The position numbers and the translations under genes were made by a program. Below are positions 30,605-40,700 of a stretch of DNA of 64,000 nt, piece by piece. The stretch's first letter is position 1; each line of letters opens with the position of its first letter. The notes under the pieces were generated by a model. The model made no database searches and had not been told where the DNA came from. It worked only from the letters and a program-made list of their open reading frames with translations. Origin of the DNA: Verrucomicrobiota bacterium (GTDB lineage: Bacteria; Verrucomicrobiota; Verrucomicrobiia; Limisphaerales; UBA11358); the NCBI GenBank assembly GCA_050012035.1, contig JBEKHY010000016.1, positions 93,528 through 157,527 on the forward strand, in the 5' to 3' direction.

Positions 30605-32385
30605 CAGGGAACATTCGCCGGAATGGTGAGATAACTCAAGACGAACTGGTAAAGCACCGGCGGAAAAACAAACGCCCAGCGTTCGCCGTCGAGCGTGACA
30701 GCGGCCAGCGCCGTTTGCGCACGCGGCAATTCGGCGCCGAAATCCACGGTGTGCTTTTCGCCGTTTTTGAGTTCGACGGTGATTTGCAGGTTATTGGTGT
30801 TGAGACCGTATTTTTCGGGTTCGGTCACGCTGCGGCCTACCCAGCCGGCGGCGGTCAACTTGCCGAGCCGGTAGGCGGTCTCCTCGAGGGCCGGCGAGTT
30901 GATGACGCCTTGCGAACCGGGCGCCAGCGACCACTGGTTCAGCCCGTTGCGGACAATTTGCCGCGTTTTGCCGTCTTGGTGCAGCGTGATGGCGGCAACA
31001 TTGGTCGCTTCGAAGTCCCAGATGCGCCGGTCGCGGAATTCCCAGCCGAATTCGGGCAGCCGGCTGTAATCCGCCAGCGACAGGCCGTAGATAAAATCCT
31101 CGTCGGCGCGCTGCACAAAAATTTCGTTGGTCTGCGTCGCGCCGAACAGCAGTTGCGCGATGACGGCATTGGTGTCGCCGACCACCGAACGCAAGATGAT
31201 CTGGCGCGTTGGCGCCGCCAGTCCGTAGGCCTGCAAATCCGGCGGGGTCACCACGTCCTTGACAAATTCAACGACCCGGAAATCGGCCAGGAGTTTGATG
31301 AACGCCTGCGCGTTTTCCGCGTCCGCCGGGAATTTTTCCCGGGCCACCGTCCAATCATTCGAACCCTGTCGTTGCAGAGTGAAACTGTTCAGACCGCGCA
31401 CTTCAATTTCAGCGACCGGGGCGGTCAATTCCAGCAGGTGCGGGTCGCGGAAGTCGTTCACCGCGCCGCGCCAGAACGCCAGCGGCTCCCTGGCCGTGGT
31501 CACAATCGTGTTCCAATCCCCGCGCCGGGCAAACACCCGCGAGGCATCGTTCGTTGAGGTTTTCCCGACATGCAGGGCGGCAACCGAATTCGTGCCGCGG
31601 CCGAGCCACAAATCGAGGTCGGCGGGTTGCAGACCAAAGGCGGTCAAGTCAGCCTTGGGGTCGTCCGTAACGAACTGCGAGACGCGCGCGGCATAAAGTT
31701 TTTGCAGCGCAGCCGTGATGCGTTCACTGTCGGCGCGCGCCTGCAACGGCCGGAGCATGCGCCAAAGATGATTGGTGGCATCGCACCGGAGTTCGATGGC
31801 TTTCGTGCCGTTGGTCAGCACGATCCGATCGCAGCGACTGCCGGCGTCCACGAGCGCGGTGTCACGCCAGTCGTTGGCCGAACGTGGAATCAATCCGAGC
31901 CAATCGGCGTCGGTCACGAAAGCGCCATCGGTACCGACCACGCGCAGAAAAACCTGGTCGCCGGGCGCGGTTTTGTTGCCGACCCTGAGTTGCCAGCTCC
32001 GGTCGCCCGCTTCGACCGTGATGGAAAACTGTGGGTTGTCAAAACCAAATTCCGTTTCCGTGGCGCGGTGTTCGCGCAATTCCGCCGCGCTGATTTTGGT
32101 CGCCGGCACGAGCTTCTGGAGGGCGTCCAGCAGCGTTTCGATGGCGGCCGTCTGCGCCGGATAAATGATGGGCCGGGTCAACAGCCAGTTGTCGTTCGTG
32201 CGGCCGGCGCGGATTTCGAGCGCGCCCGCCGGATAGATTTGGACGCCCGTAACGGTGGACGGCGTCAATCCGGGAAGAATGTTTGCGGCGGTCGCCGGCG
32301 CATGCAGGTGGCGTTCCCAAAAGAAAATGAATGCGAACAACGCCGCGGCAATCACGAACCAGATTCCTGTCGTTTTCGAGTTCAT
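30604..32385 (-). CDS. DUF4340 domain protein (three repeats)
   Basis: N-terminal TM and repeated W-x-L...A...FG/YGL...FRD units; follows the GldG-like gene. Confidence 0.8.
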   Translation of the reverse strand: MNSKTTGIWFVIAAALFAFIFFWERHLHAPATAANILPGLTPSTVTGVQIYPAGALEIRAGRTNDNWLLTRPIIYPAQTAAIETLLDALQKLVPATKISAAELREHRATETEFGFDNPQFSITVEAGDRSWQLRVGNKTAPGDQVFLRVVGTDGAFVTDADWLGLIPRSANDWRDTALVDAGSRCDRIVLTNGTKAIELRCDATNHLWRMLRPLQARADSERITAALQKLYAARVSQFVTDDPKADLTAFGLQPADLDLWLGRGTNSVAALHVGKTSTNDASRVFARRGDWNTIVTTAREPLAFWRGAVNDFRDPHLLELTAPVAEIEVRGLNSFTLQRQGSNDWTVAREKFPADAENAQAFIKLLADFRVVEFVKDVVTPPDLQAYGLAAPTRQIILRSVVGDTNAVIAQLLFGATQTNEIFVQRADEDFIYGLSLADYSRLPEFGWEFRDRRIWDFEATNVAAITLHQDGKTRQIVRNGLNQWSLAPGSQGVINSPALEETAYRLGKLTAAGWVGRSVTEPEKYGLNTNNLQITVELKNGEKHTVDFGAELPRAQTALAAVTLDGERWAFVFPPVLYQFVLSYLTIPANVP

Positions 32386-33866
32386 TATTTCCTTCGCACC
32401 AGCCAGACCAATCCGCCGAGCAACAACACCACGCTTGGCAGCGCGCCGAGCAGCAGCCAGCGGACTTCGCGCCGCTGGGTTTGCGTCATCAGCAGACGAA
32501 ATTCCGTCACGGGCCGCGGGCCGATGCCTTGCAGGAGCGATGGCCGGTCGAGCAGCCAGTTGACGGCGTAACCAAGAAAATCACGGTTGCCGCTGCCTTC
32601 GATGTAATAATTGCCAAGAAAAACCGAGTCACCGACGGCAACGATGCGGGTATTGCCGCGCGGGTTGACAACGCCGGCAATGGACTTTTGTTCGACGGCC
32701 ACCATGAGCGGATAACTGCGCGGCGATTCGGCTGGATCCCCCTCCAGCACGGAATCCGGGCTGGAGAAGGCGAGCTCGTCCACTTGCGGCGCACCGGCGG
32801 GCGGGTTCTGCCAGTCCACGCGACCGACGGGACGCGGCAAAACCATTTGCAGCGAGAGCTGAGTCAGCGGGTTGACAATGGGATGCTGGCTGAAATTGCG
32901 GACGACGACATCCTGGCCGGTGATGGTATTTTTGGGGTCTTGCACCACATGAGCGCCGATATTAACACCCCAGCGCTGCAAAATGGGTTCGAGGCCGGTC
33001 GGTTGTCTGATGGAGGCGTAATTGAAAAGCACGAACAGCCGCCCACCTTGTGCGAGGTATTGATCAATTTTTTGCAATTCCAGGTCGGACAACGGCTTCG
33101 TGGGCCCGGCGATGATCAAGAGGCTGCAATCCATGGGCACGGCGTTGTCGCCGAGTAATTCAAGGTTGGTTACCGCAACGTAATTTTGGGCAAGCAGGGC
33201 GGCGAATTTCATAAATCCAAAGTTGCCGCTGTCGGCGAGCGACGGTTCGCCGTGGCCCTGCAGGAAGTACGCTTTGAACGGGTGGGAGGTTTCGAGCACG
33301 AGCAGTATCGCAGTGAACATTTCTTCGCCGCGAAACGCAACGGGCTTGCGCTGGAATTCGAGCTGCCGCTGATTGTGATTTTTGGCCGGCACCTGTTCGA
33401 GCGTGAACTGGGTGAGCGAGTCGCCGTTGGCGATTTTAATACGACCGTCGCAATCAAAAATGACGAGGTTCTTGTCCGTGGCCGAATCCAGCTTGTATTG
33501 TTCCTTGACCTTTTCGGCCTCGCCGGCGTCGCGCACGTAATCCACCGTGCGAACGGAAATATTCGGGTTGATCGTGCGATACTCGTTAAGCAGCGCGACG
33601 ATGTCCGGGTAAAAATCGTCCTTGCGGTCGTAATAAAGCGTCACGGTGACGTGATTCGTCAGCGAATGAAGCACGCTCACGGTGCGCGAGGACAGTTCGA
33701 CGCGCGTCTGCGAACTGAGGTAAAAACGGTGGAAGAACTGCGCGCTGAGATAGTTCACCATCACCACCACCGCGCACACCAGCGCCGTGCGTATCACCAC
33801 GTCAAAACCGATTTTCCACCGGTGACGCGGCGAGAAACTGGGTTGGTTGGGAGATGGGGCCGGCAT
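32385..33866 (-). CDS. GldG-like ABC auxiliary protein
   Basis: TMs at both ends, YFLQGHGE, LIIAGP, YLAQGGRL, GNRDFL...VNWL. Confidence 0.85.
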   Translation of the reverse strand: MPAPSPNQPSFSPRHRWKIGFDVVIRTALVCAVVVMVNYLSAQFFHRFYLSSQTRVELSSRTVSVLHSLTNHVTVTLYYDRKDDFYPDIVALLNEYRTINPNISVRTVDYVRDAGEAEKVKEQYKLDSATDKNLVIFDCDGRIKIANGDSLTQFTLEQVPAKNHNQRQLEFQRKPVAFRGEEMFTAILLVLETSHPFKAYFLQGHGEPSLADSGNFGFMKFAALLAQNYVAVTNLELLGDNAVPMDCSLLIIAGPTKPLSDLELQKIDQYLAQGGRLFVLFNYASIRQPTGLEPILQRWGVNIGAHVVQDPKNTITGQDVVVRNFSQHPIVNPLTQLSLQMVLPRPVGRVDWQNPPAGAPQVDELAFSSPDSVLEGDPAESPRSYPLMVAVEQKSIAGVVNPRGNTRIVAVGDSVFLGNYYIEGSGNRDFLGYAVNWLLDRPSLLQGIGPRPVTEFRLLMTQTQRREVRWLLLGALPSVVLLLGGLVWLVRRK

Positions 33867-33867
33867 G

Positions 33868-34620
33868 TTATCTCCAGCGCCGGCTTTCCACCGCGCGCAG
33901 GGTCAGGAACAAAAAGAACAGCGTGAGGCTCGCGTAAAAAATCACCGCGCGCGTGTCCACTACGCCCCGGGCGAAATCATGCATCTGCTCGAATAAGCCG
34001 AAATACGAGAGAACCTGCGTCTGCCATTGCGCGACCACGGGAATGGCCTCGGCCAGGAATCCCAGCGAGAACAGGCTCACGCCCAGCACAAAGCTGATCA
34101 TGGCCGCCGCCATCTGAGCGCGCGAGATGGCGGAGGCAAAGCAACCCAGCGACAAAAACAGGCAACCGACCAGAAAGATGCCCAGATACATCCCGCCCAC
34201 GGTCCCCGCGTCCAGCGCCCTTGTCTGGTTCGTGAAATGCCGCACAATAAACAGGCATGCCGCCATCGGCAGCCACATCACGAGGTAAAACATCACTGCC
34301 GCCGTGAATTTGGCCGCCACCACCTGCCAATCGCCCACCGGCGCTGTCATCAGCGTCTCAAACGTGCCGGTGGACTTTTCCAGCGCGAACAGGCGCATCG
34401 TAATCACTGGCGCAGCCAGCAACACAATCAGCCAGAAGAAATAAGTGCGGTAAAACATCTCCGTCACCGGCATCGGCGACGGGTCGGTGCCGAGGTTGGT
34501 AATCAACACCACAAAACTCAGGCCAATCAAAAGTGTTACTGCTGCGATGATGATGTAACCCGTCACGGAGAAGAAAAACGCGGCCAATTCCCGCCGCAGC
34601 AGCGTCCAGAAAATCTTCAT
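33868..34620 (-). CDS. ABC-2 type permease (GldF-like)
   Basis: RRELAAFF, ITMRLFALEKSTGTFETLMTAPV, about six TMs. Confidence 0.88.
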   Translation of the reverse strand: MKIFWTLLRRELAAFFFSVTGYIIIAAVTLLIGLSFVVLITNLGTDPSPMPVTEMFYRTYFFWLIVLLAAPVITMRLFALEKSTGTFETLMTAPVGDWQVVAAKFTAAVMFYLVMWLPMAACLFIVRHFTNQTRALDAGTVGGMYLGIFLVGCLFLSLGCFASAISRAQMAAAMISFVLGVSLFSLGFLAEAIPVVAQWQTQVLSYFGLFEQMHDFARGVVDTRAVIFYASLTLFFLFLTLRAVESRRWR

Positions 34621-34684
34621 TCGCCCTCTTCCTCCCTTGCCGCGCCGTGGCAAAGCGAAGGCGGGTCTTGATTGTACGATGTTT

Positions 34685-35650
34685 TCATTCGCCCTCCTCC
34701 TCCTCCTTCGGCCTGGTGATTTGCACGTAGATGTCTTCCAGCGAATGACGGCTGCGCGTCAGTTCGCGCAAGACCCAGCCGCGTTCGCGCGCCAGCAACC
34801 AGATCAACGGGCGCAAATCCAATCCGTCGCGCGGGGTGATCGCGCAGCGCAGAAACGCGCCGTCTGCCGCCGACACATCGAAATGTGCCACTTCGGGCAA
34901 CAGCGCCAGATGCTCGCGCAATTCCTCGACGGTGGCCGAGATTTCAGCGATGATTTGACCGCTGCCGGCCATGAGTCCTTGCAGATTGTCCGGCGTGTCG
35001 GCGGCCAGAATTTTGCCTTCATACATGATGAGCATCCGGTTGCACGTCATTTCTGCTTCAGGCAATATGTGCGTCGAAATCAGCACCGTGTGTTTTTCCG
35101 CCAGGCTTTTGATCAATTGCCGCACCGCGCGAATCTGACGCGGGTCGAGGCCGAGCGTCGGTTCGTCCAGAATGATCAGCTCCGGCTCGTGCACGAGTGC
35201 ATCCGCCAGACCGACGCGCTGCCGGTAGCCTTTGGAAAGTTGTCCAATGATGCGACGGCCCATGTCCAGCAGACCGCATTGTTCCATCACCGTGTTCACG
35301 CGCTGGCGCGCCTGCCGCCAGCCAAGGCCCTTGAGCCGCGCGCGAAATTTCAGGTATTCCCGCACGCGCATATCGGGATAAAGCGGATTGTTTTCGGGCA
35401 TGTAACCAATGCGGCGGCGCACCTCCTCCGATTCGTAAAAGACATCGTAACCCGCCACGCGCGCCGTACCGCTCGTCGCCGGCAGGAAACCCGCCAGCAC
35501 CCGCATCGTCGTGCTTTTGCCCGCGCCGTTCGGCCCGAGCAGGCCCACGATTTCGCCGCGCGCCACGGTGAACGAGATGTCCGCCACCGCCGTCCGTCCC
35601 GCGTAGCGCTTCGTCAGATTCTTCACTTCAATCATGGTATTGCCGTTCAT
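34685..35650 (-). CDS. ABC transporter ATP-binding protein (GldA-like)
   Basis: GPNGAGKST, LSKGYRQRV, DEPT, STHIL. Confidence 0.93.
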   Translation of the reverse strand: MNGNTMIEVKNLTKRYAGRTAVADISFTVARGEIVGLLGPNGAGKSTTMRVLAGFLPATSGTARVAGYDVFYESEEVRRRIGYMPENNPLYPDMRVREYLKFRARLKGLGWRQARQRVNTVMEQCGLLDMGRRIIGQLSKGYRQRVGLADALVHEPELIILDEPTLGLDPRQIRAVRQLIKSLAEKHTVLISTHILPEAEMTCNRMLIMYEGKILAADTPDNLQGLMAGSGQIIAEISATVEELREHLALLPEVAHFDVSAADGAFLRCAITPRDGLDLRPLIWLLARERGWVLRELTRSRHSLEDIYVQITRPKEEEEGE

Positions 35651-35807
35651 GGCGCCCAGTTCGGAGTCTAGTCAGAAAATTCCCATTCCGGCCAACAAAA
35701 AATCCGCCACCCTATTCTATAAACACGCAAAACCGCCATTGGCTGCGTTCAAGATTCCCGCGCCATGGCTTGACTTTGCTGAACCGCCGGCGCAAAAGCA
35801 ATGACGC

Positions 35808-37397
35808 ATGTTCCCACTGGCTGAAAATTTCTACGCCGACTGGCGCCGGCGTTGCGGCGTAGTGAATGTCCTGCGCGACGAAAACGATTCGCCGCCCGAA
35901 AGCCTGCTGCAAGCCGTCTGGCAGCACCAGCGCCTGCGTCGCGACCGGCTCAAGACCGCCGACGAAAAGGCCGTGCGCGTTCTCCATCCCGGATTCGCCA
36001 GCGCCGAAGGCGGACCGGACTTTCGCGGCGCGGTTGTTCAAATCGGTGACGACGCGCCGCGTTCCGGGGACGTGGAAGTGGATTTGCGCGCGAGCGGCTG
36101 GCGCGCGCACGGCCATGACCGCAATCCGAATTTTCAAAATGTCATTTTGCATGTCGTTTGGGATAATGTTGGAGTCCGCGCTTTAACGTGCCGGGATAGT
36201 GGACTGCCGAACAAGCTAAAGCTTGAACGTCTACCTTCGCCGCCGACGTTGGCCATCAGCGACAAACTCGACGCGCCGCTCGCCGAACTTGGTTTATGGC
36301 TCGAAGCCGAAACCCCGCGGGTGCTGCCCGAAAACCTGCGCGGCCGATGTTCTCCGTCGTTGCGCGACTTGAACGAGCCGCAAGTGACCGGACTTCTGTG
36401 CGCCGCCGCCCGCGTTCGTTTTCAAGCCAAGGCCGCGCAATTCCGCGCCCGGGCGCGGCACGCCGGCTGGGAACAAGCGTTGTGGGAGGGTTTGTTCCAC
36501 GCGCTTGGCTACAAGCACAACGTCTGGCCAATGCAAAATCTTGCCGAATCGCGGCCCCGCTGGTCGCGTGATGCGGGTTCGGTGTTGGTTCTGCAAGCGC
36601 GGTTGCTCGGCATCAGCGGCCTGCTGCCGGCGGAATTGACCCGCCTTCGTCCCATTGCACGTGACTCCGGCGCGGCGGGGCGCGCTTCGCAAAAAAGCAG
36701 GGACGGTTACGTTCGCAAACTTTGGGATGTTTGGTGGCGCGAGCGCGAGGAGTTCAGCAATTGCATTCTGCCGCGCGCGGTCTGGAAATTTCACGGGCTG
36801 CGTCCGGCCAATCATCCGCAGCGCCGACTCGCGCTGGCGGCTCATTGGCTGGCGTCGGAAAATTTGATTGCGAAACTCGAAAACTGGTGTGCCGCCGACC
36901 TGCCGGACAACGCGCTGGTTGATTCGTTGGTTGAAATTTTGCAGGTCGAGCACGACGAATTCTGGTCGTGGCACTGGACGTTTCGCTCGGCGCGATTGAA
37001 AAGGCCGCAGCCATTGCTGGGTGCGGCGCGGATCACGGATTTGGCGGTAAACGTGGTTCTGCCCTGGCTTTGGATACGCGCGGCCGAGGGCAAAAATGAA
37101 AAACTCCGGCGCATGATCGAACACCGCTACTTCGCCTGGTCGCCGGCCGGAGACAATTCAGTTTTGAAACTGGCGCGGCAACGTTTGTTGGCCGGCTCGC
37201 CCATCCGCGCCTTGCGCAGCGCCGCGGCGCAGCAGGGTTTGATGCAAATCGTCCGCGATTTTTGCGAACACACCAACGCCGTGTGCGAAAACTGCCGGTT
37301 CCCGGAGTTGGTCGGGATTCATGATTTGGAAATTCAAATTAAGACACTACCGGGAAATCATTCGTTTGGATTGCCCCGAGCAGACCGTGCAGGCTAG
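35808..37397 (+). CDS. DUF2851 family protein with two in-frame repeat insertions
   Basis: GGPDF...GDVEVD...W..HGH..NPNF..VILHVVW, RPANHPQRRL, C-terminal CxxC. Confidence 0.85.
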   Translation: MFPLAENFYADWRRRCGVVNVLRDENDSPPESLLQAVWQHQRLRRDRLKTADEKAVRVLHPGFASAEGGPDFRGAVVQIGDDAPRSGDVEVDLRASGWRAHGHDRNPNFQNVILHVVWDNVGVRALTCRDSGLPNKLKLERLPSPPTLAISDKLDAPLAELGLWLEAETPRVLPENLRGRCSPSLRDLNEPQVTGLLCAAARVRFQAKAAQFRARARHAGWEQALWEGLFHALGYKHNVWPMQNLAESRPRWSRDAGSVLVLQARLLGISGLLPAELTRLRPIARDSGAAGRASQKSRDGYVRKLWDVWWREREEFSNCILPRAVWKFHGLRPANHPQRRLALAAHWLASENLIAKLENWCAADLPDNALVDSLVEILQVEHDEFWSWHWTFRSARLKRPQPLLGAARITDLAVNVVLPWLWIRAAEGKNEKLRRMIEHRYFAWSPAGDNSVLKLARQRLLAGSPIRALRSAAAQQGLMQIVRDFCEHTNAVCENCRFPELVGIHDLEIQIKTLPGNHSFGLPRADRAG

Positions 37398-37506
37398 AAC
37401 TCTTTCCGCTGCTATTTGCTCCGGGCAGCAACGTAACTTTTGAGCACTGAATCTTCAATTCCTTGAAGCACTGGAAATGGCTTAACCGAATTTCTTCGAG
37501 TTGCAT
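37339..37506 (-). pseudogene. 5' remnant of an ABC/SMC-like AAA ATPase
   Basis: MQLEEIRLSHFQCFKELKIQCSKVTLLPGANSSGKSS: classic N-terminus with Walker A, but only 55 codons and overlapping the DUF2851 3' end. Confidence 0.7.
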
Positions 37507-37774
37507 AAGCACATGGAACCAAAACCGGGAGGCGTTCGCAGGATATTCGTTGTTCCCTAACAATGCAGGTTCCGCAGGTTCTGGGCGGGATCAATGTGCA
37601 AGATTTTCTTTCTCTCGTTGTGTAACCGGGTTCAAATCCACCGCCCTGCCCAACGCCCAATACCGTGAGCCGATGAAATTTTGTCGCCCCCCGGTTCCGT
37701 TAAATCCTTCCTCCCCGCCGTAGTAAATATCCAAACTTGCAAACCGCACTTGCCTTGGGCATTTGAGCGGATGA

Positions 37775-38867
37775 ATGAATCGGCCAAGCCAATCTCTGGT
37801 CCCGATCCTGGCCGCTGTATTACGGCAGCCGGGCCGGCCGCTGAAAATCGAGCGCCTGCAAATGGAAGGGCCACGCGCCGATGAAGTATTGGTGCGTCTG
37901 ATCGCCAGCGGGATTTGCCACATGGATATTGATTTTTGTGAAGGCGGTTTTTCCGACGCTGTGGTGCTTGGACACGAAGGCGCCGGCGTAGTCGAACGCG
38001 TCGGCAAGGATGTCAAAGGTGTTAAACCCGGGGATCATGTCGTGCTTTCCTGTCAATCCTGCGGCCATTGCCAGCCATGCCGCAAAGGCCGTCCGGCTGA
38101 TTGCGAGCGTTTCCGGGAGGCGAACTTTCGGTTTCGCCCGGCTGGACGGCAGCAACGCGTATCGAGGCGGCGTGCGCGGGCATTTCTTCGGCCAGTCCTC
38201 ATTTGCCACCCATGCGCTGGCGACCGAACGGAGCCTGGTGAAGGTGGCGAAGTCGCTGCCGCTGGAATTGCTGGCGCCACTCGGTTGTGGGCTGCAAACC
38301 GGCGCCGGCACGGTGATGAATTCGCTGGCGGTCAGGGCCGGGTCGAGTCTTGCCGTCTTTGGCGCAGGCGCGGTCGGGCTGGCGGCGGTGATGGCCGCGC
38401 GCATCGTTCGCGCCCGAACCATCATCGCTGTGGACATCAAACCCCAGCGTCTGCAACTCGCCCGCGAACTCGGCGCCACCCATGTCGTTAATAACCGCGA
38501 CGCCGACGTTGCCGGAAGCATCGCCGCCATCACCGGCGGCGGGATTGATTACGTGGTGGAAAGCTCTGGCGACGGGGAGTTGTTTCGGCTCGCCACGGAA
38601 TTGCTGAATCCGCGCGGTCGGGCGGCGCTCCTGACCGGCGCATCCGGTCCGGACAACCTGCCGGGCGGACGCAAGGCGCTCAACGTTATCCAGGGCGACG
38701 CCGTGCCCCGGCAATTCATACCCCAACTGATTCGGTTGTATCGCGCGAGGCGGTTTCCCTTTGACCGGCTGGTGAAATTCTACGATTTCAAGGCCATCAA
38801 CTGGGCCATTGCCGACGCCCGGAACGGTGATACCATCAAGCCCGTGCTGCGAATCAGCGGGAGTTGA
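37775..38867 (+). pseudogene. Zn-dependent aryl-alcohol dehydrogenase-like gene with a +1 frameshift
   Basis: GICH and GHEGAG in one frame, FFGQSSFA, PLGCGLQTGAG and GAGAVG in another. Removing one T at 38126-38128 restores ANFGFARLDG. Confidence 0.85.
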
Positions 38868-38925
38868 TTTGGACAAAAGTGACAATGAAATTGCGGGATA
38901 ATTACAGCCGAACATCCAGCCGGTG

Positions 38926-39144
38926 AATCCCAAGGGGATTCCATCAGTCAGCCCAAGGTTGGAACGGAGCGATTACCTTGGATCATCGTCCCCAAAATCA
39001 TCGACCCCGACGGGGTTGCATCACCGTTCCGCCTCGATTTGATCCAACCCTTTCAGGGTTGTTTTAATTTGTGATTTGCTACCCGGCGTAGCTCCCGCAG
39101 TCGCAGGATCAACACCGGGCTGAATGACGTAATCCCTTCGGGAT
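38926..39144. repeat. Cluster of short related hairpins (REP-like)
   Basis: AATCCCAAGGGGATT, ACCCCGACGGGGTT, AACCCTTTCAGGGTT and ATCCCTTCGGGAT, with CCAAGG..CCTTGG and CCCGG..CCGGG stems between them. Confidence 0.7.
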
Positions 39145-39151
39145 AAAACAT

Positions 39152-39207
39152 TCAATCTTCCGCCCTTTCGCCGGCGGAAACCATTTTGACGAGGCGCGGG
39201 AATAATT
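39152..39207 (-). repeat. Orphan copy of the rtcB 3' end
   Basis: 46/56 identical to 41318-41373 with a 22-bp perfect core; encodes LFPRLVKMVSAGERAED* versus FFPRLVKMAPAGERAED*. Confidence 0.92.
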
Positions 39208-39250
39208 GGTCAAAAATGGCATTGAACCTGCGGAATAATCGAGAGTTCAC

Positions 39251-40075
39251 ATGCGTCAACAATTGATCAGAATTCCAAGAATCGCCTGGTTGCTCGTGCT
39301 GGCTGCCAGTCTGCAAATGACTGGTGCTCAAGAACCCGCCGGTTTTCCGTCTCCGGGCGAAGCAAAATTTATCCATTTCGACAAGGCGCTCCCCCGGGTG
39401 GCGAACCGGGCAGGAGGTGTTGACTACAATTTTAATCTGGCGCAGGAATCATTTGAAGTGTTTGTCCCCAGGAATTACTCGGACAAAGAGGCTTTTGGCA
39501 TTTTCGCTTTCATGGATTCGGGCGACAGCATGACCATGCCCCGGGAATGGGCTGCCGTCATGGAAAAGGAAAAGCTGATCTGCCTGATTCCCCAGAGGAT
39601 TGGCAATAATCAGCCGTTTTCCCGGCGCGTGGGTCTCACCTTGATCGGCATTCTCAAAACCATTGAGCGGTATAAAGTGGATCCGCGGCGGATTTACACC
39701 GGTGGACTGTCGGGCGGGGGGCGATGCTCGCTGCAACTGGCTTTTCTGCACAACGACGTGATTGCCGGAAACATTTCAATTTGCGGTGCCAATTTCTACC
39801 AGCCGGTGCCAAAGGTCCATGCCGCTGATAATTCGGACTATGGCGTGTGGCCGATTCCGCCCGACCGGATTGCCGCGGCGAAGAAGAGAGTGCGTTTTGC
39901 CTTTATCACCGGCGCCAAGGATTTTCGGTACGGAAACATCCTGGACATTTACCATGGCGGCTTCGTACAGAACGGTTTTCAAGCCAGGCTCATTGACCAG
40001 CCGAACATGGGGCACCAGCTTTGCAGTGCTGAATCTTTGTTGGAAGCCTTCCATTTTGTCGGTGGTGGACAGTGA
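39251..40075 (+). CDS. Secreted alpha/beta-hydrolase-like protein
   Basis: Signal peptide, VDPRRIYTGGLSGGG (GxSxG), candidate Asp (GAKDF) and His (MGHQ). Confidence 0.7.
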   Translation: MRQQLIRIPRIAWLLVLAASLQMTGAQEPAGFPSPGEAKFIHFDKALPRVANRAGGVDYNFNLAQESFEVFVPRNYSDKEAFGIFAFMDSGDSMTMPREWAAVMEKEKLICLIPQRIGNNQPFSRRVGLTLIGILKTIERYKVDPRRIYTGGLSGGGRCSLQLAFLHNDVIAGNISICGANFYQPVPKVHAADNSDYGVWPIPPDRIAAAKKRVRFAFITGAKDFRYGNILDIYHGGFVQNGFQARLIDQPNMGHQLCSAESLLEAFHFVGGGQ

Positions 40076-40181
40076 GACGGCCCGGTTGCCGGCACCCGGC
40101 AATACCTTCTCCCATTGCGCCGTGAAAAGCGGAATCTTTGTCGCCATTGCATTCCGCGATAGCTAAAGTTAAACGCGACTC

Positions 40182-40700
40182 ATGCCTGTAATCATCAGGA
40201 CGCCAACCATTCGTGACTGGCCGGCGTTTCATGCGGCAGTCCGGCGGAGCCGCGCCCTTCATCGCCGGTGGGTTACGCCGCCGAACACGCGCAAAAAATT
40301 TGAAGCTTATTTGAAACACATGGCTTCGGATTCGCACCAGGGATTTCTGGTTGTCCGTCGCGAGACGGGCGACATTGTCGGGGCCATCCACTTGAATCAC
40401 ATCATTCGCGGGGCATTGCACGGTGCATTTCTGGGTTATTACGCCTTTGCTCCCCATGCCGGACAAGGGTTGATGCGCGAAGGCATGCTGCTCGTTCTGA
40501 AACATGCCTTTCGGAAGCTGAAACTTCACCGCCTGGAAGCCAACATTCAGCCGGCAAATCGCGCTTCCATCAGGTTGGTCCGGAGTTACGGGTTTGTGCG
40601 GGAAGGCTTTTCACGCCGTTATTTGAAGGTCGGTGGACGTTGGCAGAATCATGAACGGTGGGCCATTCTTGCAGAAAACATGCCACGAGCATCCAAATGA
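40182..40700 (+). CDS. GNAT acetyltransferase, RimJ/RimL family
   Basis: LGYY...AGQGLMRE, LHRLEANIQPANRASI, GFVREG. Confidence 0.92.
   Translation: MPVIIRTPTIRDWPAFHAAVRRSRALHRRWVTPPNTRKKFEAYLKHMASDSHQGFLVVRRETGDIVGAIHLNHIIRGALHGAFLGYYAFAPHAGQGLMREGMLLVLKHAFRKLKLHRLEANIQPANRASIRLVRSYGFVREGFSRRYLKVGGRWQNHERWAILAENMPRASK

Noticed and set aside
37591-37730. Minus-strand peptide ...GSRYWALGRAVDLNPVTQREKENLAH*
   Set aside because: May be another gene remnant, but I cannot match it to any family and most of the ORF is antisense to the dehydrogenase.
38926-39144. Possible CRISPR array or ncRNA
   Set aside because: The hairpins are not identical, are irregularly spaced, and no cas genes are present; better explained as a REP-like cluster.
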